Assembly: GCA_964016885.1 (NCBI GenBank)
Contig: OZ024749.1
Span: 55,118,001 to 55,182,000, forward strand
DNA from: Eledone cirrhosa
Taxonomy: Eukaryota
DNA length: 64,000 bases
Reading direction: 5' to 3'
Below are positions 44,564-59,760 of the stretch, in pieces. The notes under the pieces are model-generated. The model was given only the letters and a program-made list of their open reading frames with translations. It did not search any database and had not been told where the DNA came from. The translations under genes and the position numbers were made by a program. The first letter of the stretch is position 1; each line of letters starts with the position of its first letter.

Positions 44564-45748
44564 AGAGTAAGAAAAGAGAAGAATAACAATTATGAAAAAT
44601 CTCTGCACTATTCCGTGCTATATATATATATATATATGCATGTATATTTTTATTTCTTTAGATAATGTCTCTATCTCTATTTGTCAGCCACAGTCGACAA
44701 TATGAGCAACTGCGCCACAGACGTGGTCATCCGATATTTTTTTATATCAATAGCGATCATACTGTTCCATCATGGTGTTAGCCGTAAATTATAGAAATAT
44801 CTCCTCTATTTCTTAAAAAAATGTATGATGCGATTCCAGGAGATTCTCCATCGTTGTCTTATATTTTGTCTTCTAATGATAACTCTTGGCCAACATAAAG
44901 ACCAATAGACCTATTTTTATGTTGAGATCATTCTAGAGAAAAGAAAAGCACTCTTAATGTTTTCATTTAGATTGAAAATATCTTTTATTCCAATTAGATA
45001 TTTTACCAGTGACCTCCTGTAGAACAACCTCCACTAAATGGTAAGACTTGGTTCAAGCACTTCTTGTATCGATAGATTACTGAATAAGTCTCGACGTATT
45101 AAATGTTCCTTTCCGATATTCTTAAGTAGGCGGAGTGGCATTGTGTACTTTCTTGCTTCGTTTCGTTGTTGTTCATAAAAGATGGAGAGGACTTTGGGAA
45201 TGAAACGAAATGGACATTAAAAAAAAGCCAAAGAAGATGGCTGGAGAGTGGAAGTGAGGAGGTGGAGAAAGATGGAGGGAGGATTAAAGAAGGGGAAAGA
45301 AGACAAGAAAACGAGAGAGAGAGAGATAGACAAACATAGTGGGGCGGTTGTTAGGGAGAAAGACGGATAGAGACAGATGGAAGGAAAGGATGAGAGAAAG
45401 AGAGATAGGGAGAAGAGAAACAGATAAACAGACCTAGTGAGGCTGCTGTTAGGGAGAAAGAGACGGTTAGAAACTGTTGGAAGGATGAGAGAGAGAGAGG
45501 GGGGAGAGGGGGGGGAGAACTGGTAAAGATGTGGTGGTAGATTATTGGGTGGGAGAGGTTAGAAGGAGGTTAATGAGATTAAAAGTAAAAGTTGTAATAA
45601 TTATATCAATGTAAAATGAAGTGGTATAAGAAGAGACATAGAACAAGAAAGAAGATGGCGGAAAATGAAAATAGAAATAAGAAATAGGAAGGAGAATATG
45701 AGTTAAGAGTAGGAATAGAACTTAGAGAAGGACTTAGATTGGTTATAC

Positions 45749-45786
<38 letters not shown>

Positions 45787-46194
45787 TCTACCAATTGCAC
45801 ACACACACACTATATATATATATAAATGTGTGTGTGTGTTGCCGAGATTAAGTTAGTGACATAGTCACTACTTTAAAACTGATAGCGATTGGTCTTCTAA
45901 ATGTTTTTAATTAAACATACTGTATATTGCCAAATATACTGTACATACATTCATATATATATTGTGTGTGTGTGGTAGAACACTGGGAGGTTATATCCGT
46001 AGTAAGTAGAGGACTCAGTCCATGATACAAGTTCGGTATAAAGTTGCTATATATATATATATATTCAAGTAGATTTTCGCATTCTGAATGTATGAAAAAC
46101 TTCAATTAATCGCAACTAATCTAGATAATTCTCCAAATGGCCCTATTTATTGTGTTAGTCGTATTCTTAGTTCTGATGAGATTTATGTGACTGA

Positions 46195-46510
46195 GGCGGC
46201 AGGAAATTATGTATGTGCCATGTCCAATACATATATCGCGTGCAAGTCTAGGAACTTACCTATATATTTGTCTACAAATAATTTTTTTTTTATCATTGCC
46301 AGGGCGTCTAATTATTCTGATACTATTTTGTCTTCAGTCTTCAGAATATTTCCTATTTCCTGGTCATTATATTTGGATAGTTTCGCTGTTTATTTCTGAG
46401 ACATATTGACGTCTTTGGAATTGATACTCCAATTATAAGGCATTTCTTTTCACACTAATAATATTTGGGAGATTATTCTCAATTTCCCTGTCTCTGTATA
46501 TATACACGTA
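46195..46510 (-). mobile_element. Decayed R4/Dong-like non-LTR retrotransposon, restriction-like endonuclease region
   Basis: With frameshifts: DREIENNLPNII...KCLIIGVSIP...NMSQK*TAKLSKYNDQEI...DALAMIKK. Colinear with the R4/Dong pattern TDRxIxxNRPDI...CxxIDVxIP...KxxEKxSKYxDLxxEI...GALG. Confidence 0.7.
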
Positions 46511-46637
46511 GTGTCATTTCACAGTCTCTTAGACAACTTTGTATTTCTTTCAACTCCAACTTTTATGTGCTTATTCCCTAATTCTGACATATTGTACAGT
46601 GTGTAAAACTTCAGATTATGCCAAGTCATCATATATA

Positions 46638-46752
46638 GGCGTGTGGCTGAGTGGTTAGAGAATTGGATTCACAATCTTGAGGTTGTGAGTTCGATTCCCG
46701 GACCGGGCGATGCGTTATGTCTTGAACAATACACTTTATTTCAGGTTGCTCT
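46638..46752 (+). mobile_element. tRNA-derived SINE family B, well-preserved head
   Basis: A box tggctgagtgg and B box gagttcgattcc, followed by non-tRNA body gttatgtcttgaacaatacactttatttc. Confidence 0.8.
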
Positions 46753-46992
46753 TTCTACCTGGAGTTGCGACCGATGGATAGTACTAGCAACTGGAAAGGC
46801 CAACGGAAACATTGTTCCCTCGGTCCGATTTGAGGAAAGTCGATCGATCCTTTTATATATATATATGAGGATTTGTCTTGTCTTTTGAAACCCCCGAAAC
46901 TATAATTATCCTAGAAGATATCCGACGAGCGGGAAGTGTCCATGTGATTGGCTTTTTCGAGTTTTCTCTTTTCTGTATGTCCCACGAGATTA

Positions 46993-47046
<54 letters not shown>

Positions 47047-47759
47047 GTGGGGGGATGCGTATGTATGAGAGAGAGAGTGAGTGAGTGTGTGTGTGTGTAT
47101 GAGAGAGAGAGAGAGAGAGAGAGAGATTGTGTGTCTGTGTGTGTATGTTTTAGTTTTATAAGGAGCAGCCAGATATAATGTGATTAATTGCTTCATCACT
47201 AAATTTGCTGAAATATATTCAGAATTGTTGTAGTTGTTGTTTTCACAATTTACTTTATATGTTTCTAGTAGTTTCTAGTGGATGGCATTGGTAATACACC
47301 GCCATAAAACAGGCTTTTGGGCTCAGTTTTGAGGGATTTTGTTTTTTATGTCTTTGCTTTTTGTTTTGTTTTGTTTAATCCTCTCCTTCATATCCAAACC
47401 TTGTCGGATTTTCTCTGCCCACAACCCAGGACGACATTGTCTAATGCCATTTCTAATCAAGTCTTTGATTAATTTTTTTAATACTTTATTTGTTTTTATT
47501 TAGTGTATATAATTACAGCCATTTCTCATTTAGTCGTTAGGCGTTTGTTTCAAGACATTCTTTTAATGTGTATTCGGAATTATTTTTAACTTCACAGCAA
47601 ATGTTTCCTTACGTTTCAATTTAAATAAATGCCAGGGAAACAGGTGTGGGACGTAGAGCATTTTCCAATTTTAGATCATAAGCCTTATCGCAATTTAATC
47701 GATATTAACCTTCATTAAGTATTTTCATTATTTCCCTTAATCATCAAGTGATGTTGATT

Positions 47760-47860
47760 GGCAGTAATCGATAGAGCAACGGACAACATACTTTGTGGCA
47801 TGTGGTTAGGTCCTTTTTATGTTCTATGTTTAGATTCCGCCGAGGTTAGTTTTGCCTTTC
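47760..47860 (+). mobile_element. SINE family A head
   Basis: ggcagtaatcgatagagc...attccgccgaggttagttttgcctttc. Confidence 0.6.
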
Positions 47861-48144
47861 AGAGAAAGAATACAATTTACAGTTTGTAATTTATAAACAC
47901 ACACACACACTCACACACATGCTTACGCACGTGCACGAGTATAGCGCTTTTTACAAAACGGTTTTTTCCCCATTTCAGGCAGACGCGCTCCATTATCCAC
48001 TTTTCTAAACAATAAATCATACACAAAACGCCAGCACCAACAGTTTTGCAAGAGATGTCAACATGAATGGACCTGTTATTTTTATCTAAAGACATTTTTT
48101 CTAATTCCAAGCCGCCCGTCTCCTCAATCTTATTTCTCATTCTT

Positions 48145-48180
48145 TCTTCTGATGAAGGACTAGCGTCCGAAACGTTAAGA
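48145..48180 (+). ncRNA. Minimal type I hammerhead ribozyme (Penelope-type, extra A after core)
   Basis: tctt-CTGATGA-a-ggac-tagc-gtcc-GAAA-cg-TT-aaga. 4-bp stem I, perfect 4-bp stem II, ACGU palindrome in place of stem III, GUU site. A ~90-nt tail ends at a (CA)/(TA) tract. Confidence 0.75.
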
Positions 48181-48301
48181 CTCTCTTCCTGCTATATCAA
48201 GCGTTAACCTAATATATCCCTTCCATATACTGTACCGATTGTGTTGTTATTTCTGTTTACCTTTTACAAACACACACACACACACACACATACACACACA
48301 T

Positions 48302-48346
<45 letters not shown>

Positions 48347-49440
48347 ATTTATGATTCACAATTTAAACATTTCAAACTTACCATTTACAAATTTATAATA
48401 TGAACATTTAGAACAAATAAATATATTTATAATTTTATATTTTACAAATTCAAAATATATAACTTAAGATTAACAAATTTAAAATCACAAATTACATTTT
48501 TCATGTTTAAAATATTACATTTCATATATCCGTTGTTTACAATCATATATTGACAATTATAAATTTAAAATTACAAATTTGTAACACCAATTTTGCATAA
48601 TTGACAATATAGTTACAATTAATAATTTATAATTTTTCGTTTAAAATTTACAATTTACGAATTTACGATTTAACATTTCTAAATTACAATTTAAAAATTA
48701 AAACTTGCCAAATCCTATAAGTATACAATGTACACCAATTTACAATTAACAATTTAAAAAAACACAAATTATAAATTTTCAATTTAAAATTTATAATTTA
48801 CAAATATACCAAAATAAAAATCCACACTTCATGTATTGAACATTTACGATGTAATAGTTACAATTGTACAATTTACAACAACCACATATTCACACTTTCT
48901 GAGCTGTCAATATTTTACTTTTTGTTAATCATCGTCTCTTTCTCCGCACGTTCCCTACCGCTCTGCAAACCAATACTCACAATCTAGTCTTCCTTCACAT
49001 TTTTAGCTCTCTTTATTTATTTTTATTTTTCTCACCAATTTCTATTTCTTTATTTTATTCTTTTTTTCCGTTTCTAAGTAGTTTATATCTTTGTGTTTTA
49101 TTTTGTATTTTTTTTTTTTTGGGGGGGGGGGGGGGGGGTAGTTTTTGTTTAACTTTTACTGTTTCCTATATCTAGAAAAAAAAGCAAAACAAAATAAAAT
49201 GTCGTTTATCGTTCTCTTCCTATTTTACTCACCTTTCTTGTCATTGATTTCTCTTGTTTCCTGATGGCTGTTACTACAAACATCCTCTCTACCTCTTCCC
49301 CTTCCTCTCTACCTCTTCCTCTCTCTTCCTTCATCATTGCTTCCACACATAGGTGCAGGCATGGCAGACGTGTGATTAAGAAGAAGAAAATTATGTGTGT
49401 ATATATATAGATATATATATATATGTGTGTATATGTGAGC

Positions 49441-49580
<140 letters not shown>

Positions 49581-49616
49581 ATATATATATATTTTGGCAC
49601 CCACCACAGATGCACG

Positions 49617-49685
<69 letters not shown>

Positions 49686-52393
49686 TATATGTGTATATAT
49701 ACACACACATACATACATATAGTGTGTGCGGTAGACTATTCTTTTCTGTATTGTTTTAAATACTTTTTGTTCTTACTTGTTTTGTGGTGATGAAGGTGGT
49801 TGGGTGAGGAGAACTCATCACATCCTGTCAGCATCCTTACCAAACCCTTTCTTCTTCGTCTTCCCCTGCTCCTCCTTCACCACACCCTCCTCCACATCCA
49901 ACCCCCATCCCTTCCGTCATCACTGTTATCATCATCGTCTTTTACGTTGCAATTGTTACTGTTCAGCACTGTTAAAGGTGTCTCCGAATTCATCGTTTTC
50001 TTTCTGCATTTTGGGGTTGCTATTATTTTTATTATTTTTATTATTATTATTATTGTTGTTGTTGTTGTTGCTATTCGTTTGTTTGTTTTCAGTTTCCTTT
50101 ACGTTTTATTTTATTTTTATTTCCTCTCCCACTCCCAACCACAACCACCCCTACCACCACCACCTCCATCACCTCTTCTCACACTCAGTCACTTAATCAC
50201 ACATAAACACACACAAAAAAACACACAGACGCACGTTTGCGCGCGCAGACAAACACACTTGTGCAGTTTCGAGTGGTAAACTGAACGAAAAACTTGGTTG
50301 AATGCAAGAAAATCTATAAATATGAGGAACAGAACAACACTAAAACTGATCAGTTTGCCAGTGCAGCTGTGAACAGTTCCTACTTTACACACCTGACTAC
50401 CTCCTCCCCCCTTCCTCTCTCTCTATCTCCCTCTCCTCTCTCTCTCTCTCTCCCTCCTCTCTCTCTCTCTCTCCCTGTATCTCCACATCTCGTTCACTCT
50501 TGTTTTCAATCTCCACCACCACATTACCCTTTCTCTCCTCCTCCTCTCTCTCCCCCTCTCCCCCTCTACCCCTCGCTCCCCCCTCCTCTCCTCCCCCCCT
50601 CTCCCCCCTCTCTTCCCTCCCCCTCCTCTCTCTCTCTCTCTTCCCCTCCCACCCCCCCCTCTCTCTCTCCTCCACCTCTCTCTCACTCAACACCTTTCTT
50701 TCTCTGTGTGCTTCCCTTTCAATTTTTTTCTATCCCCCCCCCCCCCCCCGCCGTTCTCCCCTAAATTTCCTTTTGGCAAAGAAACACCGAGAACTGCAAA
50801 CAACTCCAGAGCTTAAACATCAACAACAAAAACTCAAGCACATCATCATCATCAACAACAGCAGTAGCAACAACAACATCAACAACAAAGACTCAAGCCA
50901 AAGCAGCAACAACAACAACAGCAGCAGCAGCAACAAAGACTCAAGCAACCACAGCATCATCATCATCATCATCAACAAAGGTAACATCAGCTGCGAACAA
51001 CAATAACAGCATCAGCAGCATCGACAACAACAACAATAACATCATCTTCAGTGGTAACACCTTCCTTTAAATAATGCAAACAACAACAGTCTCAACACAA
51101 CCAACAACAACAACAAGTCTCAACACAACCAACAACAACAACAACAACAGTCTCAACACAACCAACAACAACACTATTAACACAACCAAGAGGCAGGATT
51201 TTCCTTGGTCCGATGTGATGAGTTCCAGCCTACTGAGTAAGTTAATGAGGTCTGGAATCTTGTCGTAATCTGGAAGGACCAATGGAAACATTGTTTCTTT
51301 GATCCGGTTTGACTTGTTCCACCCTATTTGCTAAACCAATGAGGTCGGGGTGTCTTTTTGATCTTGATATAACTAACTAATACATAAAGACTTATAATTA
51401 AAAGGATTCTGGCGTTGACTTAGTTTTACCAAATCTAGCAATATAATATAGTCTTCAACTATATTATATTACCAGTGTATCGTGTCTGTATATGGTGAGA
51501 TATCGGCGGAGCATTTGGCTGCTATTTCTACTTAGTTGATCGAATGGTATTTAGACATGCTGGCTGGTTTATAAGACTGGTTGTTGTTCGTGTTGCTGGT
51601 GTTGTTGTTGGTGTTGTTCCTGATCTTGTTGTTGTTGATGATGATGAAACTGTTGTTGTTGTTGTTGCTGCTGCTGTTGACGTGCTTGTTGTTGTTGATG
51701 ATGATGATGATGATGATGTGGCTACTTCTATTCTTGTTGTAGTTGTCAAACGGGTGGTCGATTAGAGGAGTAAAATGTGTGTGTTGATGTGTGTGTGAGT
51801 GTGTATGTGTTGATGTGTGTGTGTATGTGTTGATGTGTGTGTGAGAGAGAGTGTTTATATGTTGGTGTGTGTGTGAATGTGTATATGTGTTGATGTGTGT
51901 GTGTGTGTTGATATGTATACGTTGATGTGTATGTGTTGATGTGTGTGTATGTGTGTGTGTGTGTATATATTGATGTGTGTGTATGTGGGTATATAGAAAA
52001 ACAACGATGCTTAGATTTCTGTTTTCCAACTATTTTATTTTTTCAAAAGATGAGGAACAGGTGACTATTCCTTGGCTGAAGAAGATGAAAATTCCCACGG
52101 ATTTTCACATTTTTTCTCCATGTTTTTCATATTTTCCTCTATTTTTTATACCCCTTCTATCCTGTAGTTCGAGTCCCTTGTATGTAGCACGTTTCATATT
52201 CCATCAACCCACCAACCTTTCTTTCTACTTTTTTTCTTCTTCTCTCCCTCTATCATTCACTCATTCTCTCTATCTTTCCTTTCTTCTCGTTCTTGTCTCT
52301 TTCTCTCCAAAGGGTTTTTTTTTTCCAGTATTTCATTTTTTCCCTTTAGTTTGCATTCTATAACTTTTTTCATTCTTTGGCTTCACAAATAAT

Positions 52394-52558
52394 GGTTTCT
52401 GATTTAAGCGCAAGGCCAACAGTTTTTATGGGAAGGAGAAAATCCATTATATCGACGCCAGTGCATTACTGGTGCTTTATTTTAACGACCCCGTAAGGAC
52501 CAAAAACAAAGCTAACCTCGGCGGGTTTTGAACTCAGAACACGAAGGGCCATAACACT
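52394..52558 (-). mobile_element. SINE family A
   Basis: gcaaggcc...cagtgcattactggtgct...cgaccccgtaagga...gctaacctcggcgggttttgaactcagaac. Confidence 0.8.
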
Positions 52559-52599
52559 ATGCCGAAAATATTCTTGATCAAGTTTATTATGTAGAAACT

Positions 52600-52768
52600 G
52601 CCTCAGCGTAACCTCCAGGTATTACTGCTACTTATTTCAGTTGAGTATACTCGAGTAACGTGAAATGAAGTGTTTTGCTCAAGAACACAACACACAAACC
52701 AGTCCAGGAATCGAACCCATGACATTACGATCGTAAAGTCAACATCCTTAGCATTAGAAGACCTGCCT
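52600..52768 (-). mobile_element. SINE family B
   Basis: The reverse complement gives gggttcgattcctggactgg...tgtgttcttgagcaaaacacttcatttcacgtt. Confidence 0.8.
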
Positions 52769-53007
52769 TCACAGGCATATATATATATAACCATATTCGT
52801 ATATGTCAAGAGTGTATTTCGGTGCAAAGTTTACTAAAGGGTTCAATACAAGAATGTGAAGTAAAAAAGAAATATTATGAATATTATGAAATTGTGAAAT
52901 ATAAAATAAAGTAATAAATAGAATTATTACAACAGAAATTCAACTAAAATATTCTGAGTAACAAAATAAATGGACATCCTTCTCCTGGTCATAATTATGT
53001 TTTACTA

Positions 53008-53055
<48 letters not shown>

Positions 53056-53079
53056 CTGCATGTGGTCTTAGATGTATTT

Positions 53080-53194
<115 letters not shown>

Positions 53195-53415
53195 GAGTGT
53201 GAGTTTGTGTATATATATATGTAGATGTTACTTACGGTAGCAGGCTTCAATAAAGGAAAAAAAGGAAGAAATAAGAACTCTATTTGAGTTCTCCATGTTT
53301 ACATGTTTAGCCTCCTAGCAAAAGTAAATTATTTTATCATATTATATTATATTATCCGGTCTAGGTTCTTCTAATGAGCCCCTTAGTGTAGACTTTGTAC
53401 CGTAGTACATTCTTG

Positions 53416-53540
<125 letters not shown>

Positions 53541-53685
53541 TTTATATGTTTATATTACATACATGTGCATGTGTGCATTTGTGTGTTCAAAAGCTACACA
53601 CGCGCTCAAAATGCCGAATGCAGAGGAAATGAAGGTAGATGTAACCTTCTGATAATTTAAACTTTTATAAGTTGGACAAAAAGGC

Positions 53686-54453
<768 letters not shown>

Positions 54454-55629
54454 ACATGAATTAGTTGAAGGAAGAAGAAAAAAAATCATTTTTTCTTTGC
54501 TTTTTCTGTCTCTGAAATGTAAATCTTAATATGGTAGTGATATTATTTTAAATAATCTAGATGTAAAATGTAAACTAGTTTAGGGGCCTCGGGCTAAAGG
54601 TTTCCTCACTGCTAATGGCAGAATCCGAATAATGGTATTAATGAGATCGGAAAATCTGGTAAGGTAATGGGGTAAATACTGATAGGAGCTTAATAAGAGA
54701 TATAGTATGAGGTAGTGTCAAGTAATTGTATATAGAGAGGTGGGGGTAGTGCGGTGGTGGTGGTTTAGAGGGGAGAGTGTGGTGGTGGTGTAGTGGTGGT
54801 GATAGTGGTGGGGTTGGTGTGGTGGTGGTGATGGTGTAGTTAGCGAAAAGAAAGGACAATGGTGCTAATTAAATGTTAGGTTTAAGTTTCTGGTGTTGTT
54901 ATACCTGACAAGAGTGGTTTTACTATTCGTGTATGCATATAAATATGAATATATATATATATATGTGTGTGTTTGTGTGTGTGTGTGTGTATGTGTATGT
55001 CTTTGGGTGTGCAAGTGGGTGTGTGTATCTATCGTTCTATTTATATATAAATATATTATATATACAAACATAAATACAGATAATTGAATATATAAGTGTG
55101 CATACACGTGCGTATGAGGCTGTAGCTAAACTTTTTTCTGGTATGCAATGAAACTTACGGCTTTTAGAAGAAAGAAAATAGAAAGTTTACAATACTCACT
55201 AATATTATAAAAACCATTAATGATATCAGTGAAGTGAATCTGACTGAGTATCGATCAAAATCAGAGATACAAAATATAGGATTCTGTAGCTCACCCCAAA
55301 CTTATGTTATATATATTCATAGCCCAACTCCACTTTACTATATACAGGTCCCCATGTGTACGATGAGGACCTGTATATAGTAGCTTAAAGAACAGACTGG
55401 GTAAACTAGGCGTTATAACCGTTTGTCATACTTTATAGTATGTGTTAGGAGCCACTGGCGAGAGCATTAATGACTCCCGGTATTGGCTAGACTTGCTAAA
55501 AGTAGCAGAAAAACCTAGTCTGTACTATCCATTGAGTTTTCTATTTTTGTTTCTTGTTTGACAAAAAGTAAAACAAAATCCAGAATCTAAGCTGGATGTA
55601 CTTTTATCTAATTAAATGACAACTTAAGA

Positions 55630-56095
55630 AATCTGATGACACAATGTTTGAAGCGTCTTGTGTTTGTCCAGTGAATAAAACCAACAATGAGTTCTCGAGC
55701 AATAAACATGGAAGACGACGTTAAAACATGGGAGGGAAGTTTTGATAACAGCACAAAAGAAATATGGAAATAATTCCTATTGGAAAGCTTTAAAAGCGAC
55801 ATGAATATGTGTCAATGGATAAGACAGTAAATAGATGTACAAGACATCATAAAACATATTGAGAAGCGAAAGGGAAGCGAGGCTGAGCATGTGACATGAA
55901 TAAATAACAACAGATTGATAAAAGTTATTTATTTACAGAACAAAGACCATAAGGGACAGGTTTGTGTAAGGAAGAAACATAGAGAACGAGATGAATAAGA
56001 TCAGGATCGATATATTTATGAATGGGGCGACACAGACTAGGAGTTATTGCCACATGTTTGGGGGAACCTTTCCCCCTCCCTCTGGATAGATAATA
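55630..56095 (+). mobile_element. Decayed 3' end of an RTE-clade LINE
   Basis: Broken translation LKRLVFVQ*IKPTM...TWKTT...ITAQK...QWIRQ*IDVQDIIKHIEKRKGSEAEHVT*INNNRLIK...TRSYCHMFGGTF. Colinear with RTE LKRKVFNQCVLPxMTYGxETW...WIRxQTxVxDI...KWxWAGHV...DNRW...GEAF. Confidence 0.75.
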
Positions 56096-56469
56096 GCTGA
56101 GATTGATTATATATATATATTCAATTGGAAAGTGAACAACACAATATATAACTACTCTATTACCAAAGGTTTCTGGATCCTAGACAATGGATCGTTCATC
56201 AGACAGAAATGTTATATATATATATATATATACAGAGAGAGGGGGAGAGTGAGAGAGATAATCATTACTTCTGTTTAATGAACGTTGAATGCCGCTGAAA
56301 CTTGTTCAGCCAGAACTGTTCTCATATTCATTCAGATGTGAATTAGCCCACGAAAGCAACGGTTAAACGTTAAACCTTCAACAATTCCAGTTACTTGTTT
56401 TTGCAATCTTGATAGGTCGTCATGGGAAAGTCACATTATATGGTTTGTGGAGTTATTAAATTAAATAAC

Positions 56470-56580
56470 TGTTTCTACTTTTGGCACAAGGCCAGCAATT
56501 ATCAGTGTATTACTGGTACTTTATTTTATCGACCCCGTAAGGATGAAAAGCAATTTTAACCTCGGCAGGATTTGGACTCA
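56470..56580 (-). mobile_element. SINE family A
   Basis: ggcacaaggccagcaatt...ctggtactttattttatcgaccccgtaaggatgaaaagcaattttaacctcggcaggatttggactca. Confidence 0.8.
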
Positions 56581-57376
56581 TTAAATTAATTGTCATCAAA
56601 GAAGACTTGTCTAGCGAATTACTATTACAGCTGACGAAACAATGGTGAGTTTAGAAACATTTTCGTTTAAATGCTCAAATATTCCGAGCTTCCTGTGGAT
56701 GTTACTTTTAATTAATATAAATTTATGGTGGGGAGAAGGATGTTTACTTAGCAGAGATAAGATTGGGGTAAGGAATTGAATCAACCCAAGTAAATAAATA
56801 TACCTACGAAGATAAATTAAGGAAAGGGTTTTTTTTATGGAGGGGTTTATATTTTTGTTTCTTGGTAAAAATGAGTAAAGAAATATTTCGTTGAGTAAAG
56901 TCTACGTTGGAGGTATCACGTGTTCTTTCTTATTCCTGTTTATATTTTTATTTTTTAGGCCGAGGAATTAGTAGAAACGGTGAAGCAGAAGAGAAATTCC
57001 TTGTGGAATTTATTCCGACTTTTTTAGTTTTGAGTTCAAATCTCGTTGATGACAAACTTGACTTTAAATTCTTCGAGAAGCGATAAAATAAAGACCTGGG
57101 GTTGATTTAAATCATTGTTTATCCGGCCGGAGTGAAATAAGCTAACATCTCTGTATCTTCTAAAACCATGGTTCTCCCTGCCCCCTCACCCAGTTTCACC
57201 GCCCCTTATATATATATATGTGTGTGTCTGTGTAATACTGTTTTATAAGAATAATGTAGAATAAGTTTATTTTATAAAATTCTGTTTCTTATTTTCTTTG
57301 TTTTATTATTACATTTATATGCACACAACACTTGCACACATATGTATGTATGTTTGTATGTATGTATATAAGTATG

Positions 57377-57467
<91 letters not shown>

Positions 57468-57708
57468 AGACTTGTACCTAATCTAAAAACCAAATCACTA
57501 ACTCGTCTCTTTTCGCTTTTTTCCAAATGTGTAGCAGAGTAATAGAATTATTCAAAACATTTAAATTCAAATATATATGTTTAAATGGATACATTACTCT
57601 ACGCCCACCCCGTACCTTACCCCCAACACACACACACAGAAAACCATTCAGAAACATATATGTTTATGTATATATATATTGTTATGCTTTGGGAGGGTCA
57701 TGTTGCCA

Positions 57709-57742
<34 letters not shown>

Positions 57743-58108
57743 GTACCCCACACATACTCACTCCCTGGAACACAAACAAACACACAGATATATATACAAG
57801 TATACATATATCACCAACCAAACACCAGATACGCTAAAGATATGTTCTTGAACACGCAAATCTCATCACTGTTAAGCTATGCTTAAAGATTGGTGGCGCC
57901 CTCTAAGCTTTATCTCCAACATAATCTTTTGTTTTTTAGCTTAAAGCTGCCATTTTATTTTGGTTTTCTTAGTGTCCCAAAGTCGAAAATATAATGGCCT
58001 AAATTGAGTCCTACTGTGTCGGATATTCATTGCTGCTTATATGTGTATATACATGTATATATCACCATACATATATAACTTCACATATATATACACACTC
58101 ACACACCC

Positions 58109-58141
<33 letters not shown>

Positions 58142-59322
58142 ATATATATATGTGTGTGTGTGTGTCTGTCTGTGTGTGTGTGTGCGTGTGTGTGTGTGTG
58201 TGTGTGTGCGTGTGTGTGTATTTATGTTATTTAGAATAACAAATTAACAACATAACAACAAAACTTCATTTCAACTAAAGAATATAACTTGCTTAACATC
58301 ATGAATACAGATTTGGGGCGGGAAAAGCTCGATTTGATAGTTAAGAACTATTATTGGTTTCGTTGATGATGATGATGACGATGTTGATATTGATGATGCT
58401 AATGTTGTTGTTCACGTTGATGCTGAGTCTGTTCATGCTGATTTTATTGATGCTGGTGTTAATACCAACGATGATGAGGTTGTTGATGTCCTTGTAGTTG
58501 ATGTTAAGAATTAACGTTATTGAAGCTGTTAGCTTGAGCTGATATTGCAACACTAATCCTTGCTTGAATGAATTCCTTTTTTATCCTTTCGAATTTCTTA
58601 TACGTTTGTCTCTTAAAGAAATCACCATTCTATATTCTTTTCCTACTCATTTTTTTTTTTCGTCGTTTCGTTTTTGTTTTTGTGTTTTGTAGTTGAGTTG
58701 TTTTTTTTTTTCTACATATTTGATGTTGTGTCTTTATAACGTCCGAATAATTACAGCTGACTGCAACTGTGATTAAAATCCTATTTTGCACCATTCTTTT
58801 TTATTACCAAAGAGAAGGTCGTTTGCGAACGTCTTGTTATAACGAGTATCTCTAGATTTTCGACTGCCATCTCTTCGATTCCAGCAAAAGCTCTAGCTCA
58901 ACTATATTGCGTTAAATCTTAGTTTTATTGCCTACCTAGATTATTCTCTCCGTGCATTCATAAATTTATCACACTATAAAATAGTAATTATGAAAATCGT
59001 ATATAATCTGCTAGGATCCTAAAAGGCTGACTAGTTAGGAGGATTGCCTTAGCAAGAATCAATACAGAGCGAAAGCAAAAATTATGCGGTGAAATATTTT
59101 GTCACGAGGAAATGCAATATTTAACTATCAAGAGCAAAATACGATATAGAAAGTAATGATTTATAAGATTCGTACAAGACCGGCAATCAAGGATTTGGGG
59201 GTATCTCGTCTATTAATTTATTCTTTGTGCCTGACTGTTACTTTATTCTATTGAATGGTAAAGTAGTCCTCGGTGGGGAATTGAACTCAGAACATGAACA
59301 TCCATAACTACATAAGATAAAG

Positions 59323-59760
59323 CATTTCACAGCTCTAGCATCAATCCTTCATAGGGTTAAACATTCATAGGCTGACTAAGATACTCTCATGAATAAAAGA
59401 AAATGCGGTTTATTTTTCAATATAGTCCATGGAAAGTAACAATGCAGTTATTAATGCATGAAATATTTCACAGCTTTAACATCACTCCTTCAGAGCCAGC
59501 TTCCTATGAACTTTTCAATCCAACCTCGAAGAAGAAATTAATGCATGCAAAATTTCACAGCTCTAAGATCACTCCTTCATAGGCTGACCAAGATACTCTC
59601 ATGGAATGACCAAATGAGGTTTATTTTTCAAAATAGTCCCTGGAAAGAAACAATGCAGTTATTAATAAGAAGAGTTAAAACTAATGCGTGCAAGATTTCA
59701 CAGCACTAACATCACTTTTACATAGTCAGCCTCCTATAAACTTTTCAGCTTACCTTCGTA
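59323..59760. mobile_element. Tandem pair of the mariner-type MITE seen at 20755 (opposite orientation)
   Basis: Two runs of ttcataggctgac(t/c)aagatactctcatg...tttatttttcaa...atttcacagc...cctat(g/a)aacttttca...tcg; the last ends ttcgTA. Confidence 0.75.

Noticed and set aside
46638-46710. tRNA gene
   Set aside because: A and B boxes are present, but there is no clear acceptor stem or T-run terminator and it continues into a SINE body shared with other copies.
50315-50355. Plus-strand TATA box plus initiator
   Set aside because: TATAAA lies 37 nt from the initiator A, outside the usual ~30-nt spacing.
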